Counted from the stretch's first letter, positions 9,728-18,745 are shown. The stretch is DNA of 64,000 nucleotides from a virus (IMGVR_UViG_3300033074_000614:9679-73678), one strand, 5' to 3'. Notes: generated by a model not told the origin, from the letters alone. Numbers and translations: made by a program.

Positions 9728-10585
9728 ATGGCAACTATCAGCGGAAAAAACGGCGCGGTATCATCGGCTGGGACTGAATTGCAGTCCGTGACCGATTGGA
9801 AAGTCACGTACGACGCCTCAAACGCTCGCGGCGTGGCGTCTGGCACGAGCGGCGGCACGATTACAACCGCAGGCGTGAAGGACTGGAAGGGTTCTTTCGG
9901 CGCTTATGGCAAGAATCCGCCACTTGTGCCGGGTGCGTCCAGTGCTTTCATTGGCGACACCGGGGCATCGAAGGCAAGCGGCACGATATTCATGGCCTCG
10001 GCATCGCTGGCGATCGACTACGACCAAGGCGCGTACCTGAAATGGGATTGTGCGTTTGAGGGCAGCGGGGCACTGACACTCGCAAGCACCACAAGCGAAG
10101 TTGATGCGGGCGCGCCCCTGTTCTTTACCGCATTGGGCGGGAAACTTCGCTGGCAACCGATCGTTAGCGGCACACTTGGCACGTTGGCTGACCTGCCGAC
10201 CTGCAAAGAGGCGAGTTTCGGCATGACCTGCAAGATTGAGGCGTACACCGAGAAGGGCGTAAGCGTTCGGTCGAAGCTGGCGAGCCACCCGGACTTCAGT
10301 GCAAGTTGCACGATTCTTGACGCGGCACTGGGCGCGGTATCGGCGGCGGGAACCAACTACGAACCCGGCACTCAGGGCGTTTTGCATATCTACGTGAACG
10401 CTACAGAGTTTTTCAGCATGAGCTACATGACCGTCAAATCGGTTGAGCCATACTGCGATATTGAAACAGGCGCGATCGTCGGCCAGACCGTCAACTTTGA
10501 ATGGTCAGCCTATGCCGTTATCAGTGCAACTCAAACCAAAGGCTCGATTATCGCGCCTTCAACAACCGTTCTATGGGGCAGCTAA
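9728..10585 (+). CDS. Major tail tube protein, apparently two tandem tube folds (A)
   Basis: SGKNGAVS...VTDWKV...GVKDWKGSF pattern in the first ~125 aa; the second half repeats the beta pattern. Confidence 0.7.
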   Translation: MATISGKNGAVSSAGTELQSVTDWKVTYDASNARGVASGTSGGTITTAGVKDWKGSFGAYGKNPPLVPGASSAFIGDTGASKASGTIFMASASLAIDYDQGAYLKWDCAFEGSGALTLASTTSEVDAGAPLFFTALGGKLRWQPIVSGTLGTLADLPTCKEASFGMTCKIEAYTEKGVSVRSKLASHPDFSASCTILDAALGAVSAAGTNYEPGTQGVLHIYVNATEFFSMSYMTVKSVEPYCDIETGAIVGQTVNFEWSAYAVISATQTKGSIIAPSTTVLWGS

Positions 10586-10729
10586 TTAGCAGACGCGGTA
10601 GTAGACGACGCAAGCGATGATTACAAACACCAACATCCCGGCGACGATCAAGACTGAACGAACGCTGTCCTTGCGCCGCTTGGTTGTATCCGCTTTCGAC
10701 AACGCATCTTCAATATCTTTGGTACTCAT
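10586..10729 (-). CDS. Small single-TM protein in antisense at the tail-chaperone locus (A)
   Basis: MSTKDIED...SVLIVAGMLVFVIIACVVYY; TAGAAT 7 nt before the ATG. Confidence 0.6.
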   Translation of the reverse strand: MSTKDIEDALSKADTTKRRKDSVRSVLIVAGMLVFVIIACVVYYRVC

Positions 10730-10767
10730 AGCGGCAATTCTATGCCCCGGCGAAATGGGGGCGTTCA

Positions 10768-11727
10768 ATGGCTGATGGCCGCACAAAAATCACGTTTGAG
10801 GCAGACCCGAAACCAGCGGTAGACGCCTCGAAAAAGGTAGAAGATTCGCTTAAAAAGGTGGACAAATCCGGCGGCGGCAAGACCGTCGGCGAGCAATTCC
10901 AGCAATCAACCGGCAAGATTCTCGGCGTGGCAGGGGCAGTCGGCGCGGTAGTCGCCGCATTGTCGAAAGCCTACGACGGGATCAAGAATTTCACCAATGC
11001 TGCGGGCAAGCTGAATAGCGAACTCAAGGAAATCGGCGATGCTCAGCGGATCAACACCACCGAAGGATTGACCGGACAGCAACAGGCGATTGTCAACGCC
11101 AACAAAATAGCGGAGCAACAGAAGGCCGCGTTGCAGTTGAAGATCGAAGAACGAAACCTGATCGAAGATGCTGTTGCTGCATCGACCGGATACGCCGAAG
11201 ATCAGTTGAAACTTCAGCAGATTGAAACAGAGCGGCTTAGTGCATTGGAACAGATCGAAGTCCGCGAGCGGAATATAGCGGACTTCAAAAAGAAACAGGT
11301 TGAGGATGAGCGTCGGGCGTTGGTGTTCAAAAACGAAGGGATGCGGGCAAGCCTTCAGGGTGAGGAAGCCAAGACTCGTTTCGATAACGAAATGAAGCTG
11401 CTGGAAATTCTGCGCCAATCTTTCGCCGAGATGGATGCCACCAAAAAGCAACTTCTACGCGAGCAATATGACCTTCAGCTTGAACTCAATAACAAAGAAG
11501 CGATGGATCGTTGGGAGAAATGGGCCGACGAACAGAAAAAGAAAAAGGAACAGGCCCAGAAAGATATTGACGACCTGCACAAACGAGAAATGGAAAACCA
11601 AGCCAAACTCCAGAACCAACGAATGAAAGACCTTGCGGAATTGCTCGGCTCGGACACCAACCAACTCGGAGATATTACCTCATTCGGGCGCGGTGCAGCT
11701 CACATCATGCGCGGGGGTGAACGCTAA
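10768..11727 (+). CDS. Short tape-measure-like protein (A, 319 aa)
   Basis: MADG.TKITFEAD N-terminus, hydrophobic helix, long coiled-coil; follows the tube gene. Confidence 0.65.
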   Translation: MADGRTKITFEADPKPAVDASKKVEDSLKKVDKSGGGKTVGEQFQQSTGKILGVAGAVGAVVAALSKAYDGIKNFTNAAGKLNSELKEIGDAQRINTTEGLTGQQQAIVNANKIAEQQKAALQLKIEERNLIEDAVAASTGYAEDQLKLQQIETERLSALEQIEVRERNIADFKKKQVEDERRALVFKNEGMRASLQGEEAKTRFDNEMKLLEILRQSFAEMDATKKQLLREQYDLQLELNNKEAMDRWEKWADEQKKKKEQAQKDIDDLHKREMENQAKLQNQRMKDLAELLGSDTNQLGDITSFGRGAAHIMRGGER

Positions 11728-12596
11728 TGGCCGATCCCGTTGTCACAATGGAGGCTTTCGGCGGACTTCCCTCGAAGGATGCGAACGGTTCGGGACTCAC
11801 CCCAATCGTCTGGCTTGTCACCGGCGTAGTCGGCGGCGATAACCCGCTGGAAGCAATGGGCGTTCCTAAGCGCGGGAACATCATCACCCTGTTTGGCACG
11901 GCTTACACCTGCGACAAGGTTGATACGCCGCAACAGATCAACGATAACGCCTATCGCGTGCAAACTTGGTTCTCGACCGATGGCCGCTGGGACGTTTTGA
12001 CCCCGCCAAAACTGGGCGACGACGAGCGAAACTTCCAACTCGGCTACAAGAAAGTCACCATTTCCGCGCCCACATTCCGCAAGACAATCGAGAAAGCGAT
12101 CCAACCCGAAGGCGGAGCGGCGATTGATAAGGTGAAATGGGAGCGCGAGGATAAAGAGTTTCCGATCGAATGGCGCACGCTCTCAATCAACGTGGTAGTC
12201 GAAGCGACGACTGATCAGCAAATCTTGGCGATTATCTCGGCTACCGAATTGCAAGAGAACCACATCCACATTTTCCCATACAATCCGACAAAGTTGTGGA
12301 GGATGCTGACTTGCGAGATTCAGCGACGCGGCGATAAGGTAAGTATTGGGTACACATGGGAATCTGACCCCGGCAATGGGCCGATCAAGATTCCAAACCT
12401 TGACGGCGTGACTGACGCCGATATGGTGTATCCAACCGTCTCCCGCGCACCGTTCACGGTCTATCACGTTATGAGTCCGCTCGCTACGGACCCGGACAAG
12501 AAGCCGCGAATCTGGCACGTTGAATTGTTCCCAACTGCAAACAATCCGTACTACACGCCAAACGGCTGGCAGAACCTACCGGGGACGCCAATCTAA
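11727..12596 (+). CDS. Putative distal tail/hub protein (A)
   Basis: First gene after the tape measure; clear paralog at 48593. Confidence 0.5.
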   Translation: MADPVVTMEAFGGLPSKDANGSGLTPIVWLVTGVVGGDNPLEAMGVPKRGNIITLFGTAYTCDKVDTPQQINDNAYRVQTWFSTDGRWDVLTPPKLGDDERNFQLGYKKVTISAPTFRKTIEKAIQPEGGAAIDKVKWEREDKEFPIEWRTLSINVVVEATTDQQILAIISATELQENHIHIFPYNPTKLWRMLTCEIQRRGDKVSIGYTWESDPGNGPIKIPNLDGVTDADMVYPTVSRAPFTVYHVMSPLATDPDKKPRIWHVELFPTANNPYYTPNGWQNLPGTPI

Positions 12597-12913
12597 TGCC
12601 TTCACAAGCCCCAACTTCGCTCGTATCGACACCGGCGGCGTTCGACCCGCCGAAGTTCGCTCAGGTCTACGGCTCTCGCGGATCGCCTGATTTCCGCCAG
12701 AACTTGCGGTTTGATATTCGCGTGACTTTTTGGAGTGGGCGGCAGCAGGAATACCCGGATATGAAAACCGCAACGATTCCCCCCGCCGAATACGCCGACG
12801 TGCATTTCATCGGCGCGGGTCCGGGGCAGGGAGTCGGCATCGGCTACGTTGGGGACGATATGGTCTTCTATGTCCCTATCTGGCCCAAATTGACGGAGTG
12901 TGAAGGCCAATGA
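12596..12913 (+). CDS. Small tail-tip protein (A)
   Basis: Translationally coupled; paralog at 49453 (TFWSG.Q, GYxGD, LTECEGQ). Confidence 0.6.
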   Translation: MPSQAPTSLVSTPAAFDPPKFAQVYGSRGSPDFRQNLRFDIRVTFWSGRQQEYPDMKTATIPPAEYADVHFIGAGPGQGVGIGYVGDDMVFYVPIWPKLTECEGQ

Positions 12914-13221
12914 ATCTACCGATGCACACATTACAATCGCTTACGGCAAGCGTGCGGACGGTCTGGGAGGCTCCCGAATCCGGCTCATGCGTGATTCAAG
13001 CTGACTCGCCGGTAACGTGGCCTGCCTCGCTTGTGCTTGACGTGCAAACCGGGGCGAACGGGCATGATTTTTACTACCCTGCGGGCTTTACAAGTCTGCA
13101 ATTTTCAGCAAACGGACGGTGTAGCCCGTTCATGGTTCGCAAAGGTGAACTAATATCGGTGTCTGTCAACACGGTTTCGGCAACGGATGCGCTCATAGAG
13201 CTTACTCCGTCCATCGGATAA
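12910..13221 (+). CDS. Small tail-tip protein (A)
   Basis: Paralog at 49764 (TWP.SLVLDV.T, YPAGFTSLQFSA, TPSI). Confidence 0.6.
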   Translation: MNLPMHTLQSLTASVRTVWEAPESGSCVIQADSPVTWPASLVLDVQTGANGHDFYYPAGFTSLQFSANGRCSPFMVRKGELISVSVNTVSATDALIELTPSIG

Positions 13222-13231
13222 GGGGCTTTCA

Positions 13232-14104
13232 ATGGCGAATAAATGGTTTTTGGCACTCTCTGGCGACACGAACGATACAAACAACTGGGCCACCACAATG
13301 GACGGCGCGGGCGGCACAGGCACACCTGTTGACGGCGATGCCGTTTTCTTCTACAAGGGCGTCCAGAATATCACAGCCTTCGACCATTCCGCGATTGAAT
13401 TGCTCTCGCTGAACTTCCTCGGCGGATTTGGCTACCCGGCTGGACAGGAAAACCCCGTTTTCGGTCTTCGGGTTGGCGATGCCGATGGCACGCCGCTCAA
13501 GTGGGACGCCACCACGCTCAATATCGACAACATGATCTATCAGAATTGGTACCTGCACGGTGAATTTACCACCGTCAACGTTCGCAACTTTGCGGTAGGC
13601 GGCAACCTCTACCTGCAGGGGGCGGGGGTCGTCACGCTGAACGCTGGCACCAACGGCACGGCTCATATGGCGGTCAATTCGCCAATCACCACCATCGAAT
13701 CGTCCGGCATGGGCGTCAAGTTGGGAACATCAACCAGCAACCCCGGCCTTATGTGCTATCTCTCGCAAGGCGCGGTCGTCGAATCGCGGCGACAGGTACT
13801 CGGCGGCGTGATCGGCGGCAACCTGATTCTGCGCGACGAGGCAACAGTACCGGCATCGGGCAACTTCACGATCGCAAACGGCGGAACAATGGACTGCCGA
13901 CAGACCGGCGCGATCGGCGCAAGTGCAAACGATGGAACGATCCGAATTGAGAAGGGCGGCACGTTCACCTGTGAACGGGCTAAGACCAATTTCACGGTCA
14001 ACACCACAATCAAGCGGCACGTTGGTAGCAACTATCGCGTTCCATCGACTATCACCGTTGCGGGCACGATCACTGACGTTGGCTTGGTTGGGGTTGGCGT
14101 GTGA
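13232..14104 (+). CDS. Beta-solenoid-like tail protein (A)
   Basis: NW...G..P.DGD.V.F motif and Gly-rich beta rungs; paralog at 50088. Confidence 0.55.
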   Translation: MANKWFLALSGDTNDTNNWATTMDGAGGTGTPVDGDAVFFYKGVQNITAFDHSAIELLSLNFLGGFGYPAGQENPVFGLRVGDADGTPLKWDATTLNIDNMIYQNWYLHGEFTTVNVRNFAVGGNLYLQGAGVVTLNAGTNGTAHMAVNSPITTIESSGMGVKLGTSTSNPGLMCYLSQGAVVESRRQVLGGVIGGNLILRDEATVPASGNFTIANGGTMDCRQTGAIGASANDGTIRIEKGGTFTCERAKTNFTVNTTIKRHVGSNYRVPSTITVAGTITDVGLVGVGV

Positions 14105-15408
14105 ACCCGCTAAAGTTGGCGAATGGTCTGGTTAAGGTAGGGCACGCGCTCGCCAAGGCCACCGCTGCCTGCATCGCGCGGTGTTGCCGACGTTGCCCCG
14201 GTCCAGTCCTGCGCCGCAAGTGCGATAGGTACTGCCCTGACACCACTACCGCCTACGGGTTCTACCGAATTGACCTAGACGCGCTGATTGCGCCGGGCGG
14301 TATCACTTGGCGGCAATGGATCGCGGATAACGACGCGGCTCTTACGCCGTGTAGGTTGATTCAATTCGGAACCGATCCCGAAAACTGCTACGTCCTCGAC
14401 CGCAACTGCTCGCGGTGCTTTTGGTCAGGCTGCAATTACTCGCTCGACATTCCATCGCTGCCGGTTGTGCCGACAACGTGGGCCAACCCGCGCCTAGCGA
14501 CCTGCGACGATTGCATTCTCTGCCAAGAGTGCTGCGCGTCGATGGTGTGGCGCGATTGTTCCGGCATGGATCGGTGTTATGAGTGTGGTTCAAACTATCG
14601 CCTCACGACTTCGATGGAATTGCGCTCGACCTATCAGACGTGGGGCCGCACATCGCTCGGCCAGATTCATCTCGCATACGACGAGACGATCGACAAATCA
14701 ATCACTCAGGAAACCGAGTGGCTATGCGTTGATACCGACCCGGTGACGGGCCGCTGCAATACCTCGACCATGCGGGATACATACACCGCCAACTGGAATA
14801 CGCACGCGCGGTTTACTACCTCGACGCCGGGCGGCGCGGGGCAACCGCCAATTCTCACCTATCACGATATTGACGGAGCGATAGCGAATCCCCCGGCCGT
14901 GACACCAACCGCCTGCGGTCAGATTCTTCGCTTCTGGCAGTTGATCGAGACGCCGTACATCGGGACACCACCCGCGCTTTCGGCGTTGACGACCCCCGCT
15001 CAGGTTGCTCTCATGCCGGTTCGCGGCGGCGGAACCATCCCCAACACCACGCCATACCTGCCTATGCGGGCGAATTGTGCGGGGTCGATCTACATTCCAA
15101 CCTTCTTCCCGGCATCAACCACCCTAAGCACGGAGGAACGCCGTACGTGGGCCGTGACCTTCAACGGGTCCAGCGGCTCAGTCACCTACACCTACGACCG
15201 CAAGACCTACGCATGGCCTTCAGGTCAACAGCCATATCTGGCCTCTCACAACGTCGCCACGATGACCCGCTCGTTTCAATTCCACCGCATTGCCCGTTGT
15301 GCGCCCGATGCCCCGCTCGGCTGCGATGACCTTGACCGGCGCAAGCGGGGCGATGCTGGCGGGATCGGCAACGGGGCGAGAGACGCGGGGGGCATCATTG
15401 GCGGATAA
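14101..15408 (+). CDS. Cys-rich tail-tip/receptor-binding candidate (A)
   Basis: About 25 Cys counted by eye; N-terminus shared with 51308. Confidence 0.5.
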   Translation: MNPLKLANGLVKVGHALAKATAACIARCCRRCPGPVLRRKCDRYCPDTTTAYGFYRIDLDALIAPGGITWRQWIADNDAALTPCRLIQFGTDPENCYVLDRNCSRCFWSGCNYSLDIPSLPVVPTTWANPRLATCDDCILCQECCASMVWRDCSGMDRCYECGSNYRLTTSMELRSTYQTWGRTSLGQIHLAYDETIDKSITQETEWLCVDTDPVTGRCNTSTMRDTYTANWNTHARFTTSTPGGAGQPPILTYHDIDGAIANPPAVTPTACGQILRFWQLIETPYIGTPPALSALTTPAQVALMPVRGGGTIPNTTPYLPMRANCAGSIYIPTFFPASTTLSTEERRTWAVTFNGSSGSVTYTYDRKTYAWPSGQQPYLASHNVATMTRSFQFHRIARCAPDAPLGCDDLDRRKRGDAGGIGNGARDAGGIIGG

Positions 15409-15757
15409 CTGTTGTAATGGCGATTGTTCACTTGACCAGCGGGAAGTCGCTGCAATGTGCTACGCCTGTGCCGACTCAGAAACGGGCATGGTCGATGGCG
15501 TGAAAGTTACAGCCTGCACAATTGACCGGATGGAAGTGAGCGGTCGAAAGACCTGCCCGCGCGATAAGTTCCGGGAAGGCACAGGATTAACCCAAAGCCT
15601 CGGCCTGACGTGCTACCGCGTTCCGATGGATACAAGGCTTTGGATATGGCTACGCCACCCGGCCCATCCACACCCGTCTAGCTTTCGAGGTTGTGGCTGC
15701 TGGAAGTGGGCGCGGGATTTGTGGGAGCGGGCGGCTTCATCGTCACAAGTCCAGTAA
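15398..15757 (+). CDS. Small Cys-rich protein ending the tail module (A)
   Basis: TTG start in frame with ORF 15290; CxxC, CTID..CP..KF and HP.P..F.GCGC motifs shared with 52493. Confidence 0.6.
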   Translation: MADNCCNGDCSLDQREVAAMCYACADSETGMVDGVKVTACTIDRMEVSGRKTCPRDKFREGTGLTQSLGLTCYRVPMDTRLWIWLRHPAHPHPSSFRGCGCWKWARDLWERAASSSQVQ

Positions 15758-16193
15758 GCGTGAACTGGTATTCGTGCGGACCACAATCGTGCGTGCGTTG
15801 AATCAGCATTTCGCCGCGATAGTAATCGAACTGGTCAAACGGTCCATCGTGGGTAGTCGTCACCGTTCCCATTAACTTAGGTTTCGGCGGCGGATTACAT
15901 TCCTGACACTTGCAGTTTTTGCACATATTAATTCCTCAAGGGCTGCTGGGATCAAGCAGGCCCACGATCGCGGCCTTCTGCGAAGCGAGAAGGGGCGCAG
16001 GTGGTGAGAATCGTAAGCGTCCCTTGGCGGGTATGCCCTCAACAAAACCAGCGTGTTCGTTGAAGTCAAACTCGATTCCGGCTATGTCCATGATGCGTTT
16101 GAGTCTTTCCGCGTCGTCTTTGGTCATGTTGATAATGATCGAAAAACGATCTTTCTTGGAATCGTAACCCATGCCGCTAAATTCGTTTTCCAT
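15678..16193 (-). other. Two small leftward hypothetical genes (15678..15926, 15936..16193)
   Basis: ORF track; end of the leftward operon, converging on the tail module. Confidence 0.5.
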
Positions 16194-16259
16194 GATTCAC
16201 CTCTGAACTTGCTTAAGCGGACTCGGCGCGAGGGTGGTAATAGGTTTGGCGTTTCATCG

Positions 16260-16571
16260 TTATCGCCTTGGTGCCTGAAATATCGGCCCGCTTCCACCAA
16301 TCGACGTTAGATTCTCGACCATCGAATCCGATTCGATAATGATCGTCGCGCCGGGGAACGCTTTCAGGTCTACCACCTTGCCGCTGATTCGCACGGTTCC
16401 ACCAGTCACCACAAGAGACGTAACGGTAGTTCTAGGCATTTCAATGTGTCCGCCTTTGAATACTGGATTCGGCGTAGGCGTTGGTTCTGCCTTCGCTTGC
16501 TTGCCCCACGGCAGCGCAAACGCCGCTGCTACTGCGGAGAGGGATTGGAGAAATGTGCGGCGCGTATTCAT
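16260..16571 (-). CDS. Tat-signal secreted protein
   Basis: MNTRRTFLQSLSAVAAAFALPWGKQAKA: twin-arginine motif with an AxA cleavage site. Confidence 0.7.
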   Translation of the reverse strand: MNTRRTFLQSLSAVAAAFALPWGKQAKAEPTPTPNPVFKGGHIEMPRTTVTSLVVTGGTVRISGKVVDLKAFPGATIIIESDSMVENLTSIGGSGPIFQAPRR

Positions 16572-17356
16572 TGTGCCTCGACTTTCTTTACGATCCAATA
16601 CCCGCCACTAGACGGTTCGCCTGCCGCGCGGACATACTCAAGTGCTGCCCATAGCGGACCCTTGAAAGCGTAGACCGTCGCGTTATTCGAGTGGGCGACG
16701 GTGTGGAGTTCCATGCGGGATTCTACTTCGCAACCGGCTTGCACAACGTCTGAAAGCGCGTCGTTACTGCGCTCAAGCAACTTGTGTATCGGTAGGTCGC
16801 CCCACTCTCCGAGAAGTAATTTAGCTTTTTCGTACACGCTCATTTATCGCACCTCACCTTTCTCAACAACTCCGCAAACACCTCATGCCCGTGAGTAGCA
16901 AGCCACGATTCAAACTTACCCCGCTCGTGTGGGTCTTTGCTGTCGCGCAGGCGGGCCATTTCTTTGATTTGGTCGGTGGTCATTGTGACACCACCTTGAT
17001 AATTACGCCGACGACAGCGAACGCCATAAGTATTGCAAACGCGCACGCTATAACCGTAATTGCAAAACACGCTATCGAAAAACACAAGTCGTCAAACTTT
17101 TTCATTCCACTTCCTCCAAACAACTTTCTACTCGGCTTACCCAGTGGGCTTCGGCTGCGAGTTTGGCGAGTTCAATATTCTCACACTTTCCACGGCCTAC
17201 CACCCGTCCAAACGATAGACCCTCCCACGAATACCCATAGTCACCAACGGTTAAGGCGACTTTGTATATTCCGATTTCCGTTGTGGCGACGATCCCCGCA
17301 TCGTGTTGGTTGTCACCCCACACCAATTTCCGAATCCGATAGAGTTTGTCGCTCAT
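16568..17356 (-). other. Chain of small leftward hypothetical genes (16568..16843, ~16840..17085, 17102..17356)
   Basis: Overlapping stop/start codons; no recognised family. Confidence 0.5.
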
Positions 17357-17847
17357 TTGGTCCCTTCCGCGCGGGCGATGGCGGCTACCGCAAGTTGATG
17401 GTTTTTCGTCTTGAGGTTTTGATTGTTGCGAATCTGGAACGCTACGAACGCTTTGCACGCCGCGAGCAGGTCGGGTGCTGCTGCGACAAGTCGAGCGTTG
17501 TCCTCGTTGTCGCAAATTGCCGGTATCGCTACCCATTCCGCGCCGTCTTCGATGGGTCCAATAATTGCAAAATTTTCGTTATAAAATGATGGCGTGTTTG
17601 GATCGCGTCCACCTCTCGCAGTCCAAGGTCCGGGTGTGTGACCATCGCCTTTCTTTGGGGATATTGGCCGACCAGTTTCCTTCTCGAATGCAGTCTCCAT
17701 AATCCCGGCAAGAGCGCGCAGTTTGGCACACGCTTCGGGGACATTGTATCGAGGTTCACCGTCTTTAATGTCCATCCCAATACATCCGCACGCCGCCAGA
17801 ACCCCCATAATTGCCACGGTTGGATTCTCGTATTTAGTGTGTCCCAT
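17353..17847 (-). CDS. Phage protein with HTPGPW...NARL.AAAPDLL module
   Basis: GGAG SD before ATG 17847; motif shared with 58884 and 62477. Confidence 0.65.
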   Translation of the reverse strand: MGHTKYENPTVAIMGVLAACGCIGMDIKDGEPRYNVPEACAKLRALAGIMETAFEKETGRPISPKKGDGHTPGPWTARGGRDPNTPSFYNENFAIIGPIEDGAEWVAIPAICDNEDNARLVAAAPDLLAACKAFVAFQIRNNQNLKTKNHQLAVAAIARAEGTK

Positions 17848-17908
17848 AAATCCCATTCTCCCCGGAGGGGTTATTCCCGCCAAAACCGTGGCGGTCGGTA
17901 ATTGCCGT

Positions 17909-17939
17909 ACTCTTTCGAGTGCGGCGGGGTGGGTTAGAT
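17909..17939. repeat. 31-bp boundary repeat, copy 1 (identical to 59627..59657)
   Basis: ACTCTTTCGAGTGCGGCGGGGTGGGTTAGAT; on the minus strand it forms a GAAA-tetraloop hairpin. Confidence 0.9.
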
Positions 17940-18274
17940 CAGTCGGCCCATCTGACCGGGGAGAGTTCGCTGGTGCGGTTTGACATTCTGCCACCGCTGA
18001 ACACGCTCCATTGCCCGTTTTCCTGTTGCTTCACAAAGGGCAGGAACTTGTGGAACATCTTGCCGGTGCGGTAGCGGCCAAGCACGGTTGCGGTCTTGAT
18101 CTGCCATTCGCAGCCCATCGAGCCGTTGCGGAACTCTTTGCCGTCGATCTTGACTACGCGGCGGATTTCAACGTTCCGGGTTACGCAACCGATTGAGATT
18201 GCCACGGTCTGAACTTCATACTCGAAGGTGCCGTTTGTGCTGGTGGTCGTTTCGGTTGTAATCGTTGCGTTCAT
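17939..18274 (-). CDS. First gene of the leftward early operon (MNAT..., 111 aa)
   Basis: AGGAG SD; strong promoter upstream. Confidence 0.7.
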   Translation of the reverse strand: MNATITTETTTSTNGTFEYEVQTVAISIGCVTRNVEIRRVVKIDGKEFRNGSMGCEWQIKTATVLGRYRTGKMFHKFLPFVKQQENGQWSVFSGGRMSNRTSELSPVRWAD

Positions 18275-18298
18275 CGTAATTCTCCTAGTCAGGCAACA
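18264..18298. repeat. 35-bp leader/RBS repeat, copy 1 (59839..59873, 1 mismatch)
   Basis: GTTGCGTTCATCGT(A/G)ATTCTCCTAGTCAGGCAACA. Confidence 0.9.
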
Positions 18299-18312
18299 TG
18301 CCCGACTCAATA

Positions 18313-18340
18313 AGTATACCAGTTAGTCGGTTAAGTGCAA
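18313..18340 (-). promoter_or_regulatory. Leftward sigma70-type promoter
   Basis: Minus strand TTGCAC-N16-TATACT with extended TG; mirrored at 59888..59915. Confidence 0.7.
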
Positions 18341-18514
18341 CTTTGATTTCACTTAATCGCAAAGATCTTGCAGATTGTGTACTAACCGTGTCCTAACCAG
18401 ATCGTATCTGCCGTTATTTCAAGGGTTTACGTCGATTCTGGCGGATTCTTTTATTTTACGCTTGATAAGGTGAAACGTTTGTCTTATTCTTCCCCATAAC
18501 CCAACGGAGGTATC

Positions 18515-18700
18515 ATGCTCACAGTCTCACAGATAGCCAAAGAATACAGCCTGCCCCTCGGCACGGTCAACAGCCGAATCAGAATCCTTGGCGTGCAAGC
18601 CGATCGCAAGACCGGAAACGTCAGGCAGTATGGCGTGAAGAGTGTAAAGCGGATTGTGTCTGCGATGAAAAAGGGAAGACCGCTCAAGTCGCTGGCGTAA
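18515..18700 (+). CDS. Small HTH DNA-binding (excisionase/Cro-like) protein
   Basis: MLTVSQIAKEYSLPLGTVNSRI HTH; paralog at 58693. Confidence 0.65.
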   Translation: MLTVSQIAKEYSLPLGTVNSRIRILGVQADRKTGNVRQYGVKSVKRIVSAMKKGRPLKSLA

Positions 18701-18745
18701 ACAGCCGATGAGTTACAGCCGCGATAGTGCGGCAGGAGAATTGAA

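Noticed and set aside
14101-15408. Diversity-generating retroelement acting on the variable tail tips
   Set aside because: No reverse transcriptase and no template/variable repeat pair with adenine-specific mismatches were seen.
9728-15757. Gene transfer agent, tailocin or contractile injection system
   Set aside because: No sheath or baseplate wedge genes; the modules are linked to terminase, replication and integrase genes.
16885-17589. Long ORFs opposite real genes (also 19831..20481, 20937..21812, 26588..27475, 35464..36225, 43076..43684)
   Set aside because: They overlap well-supported opposite-strand genes and have unnatural composition.
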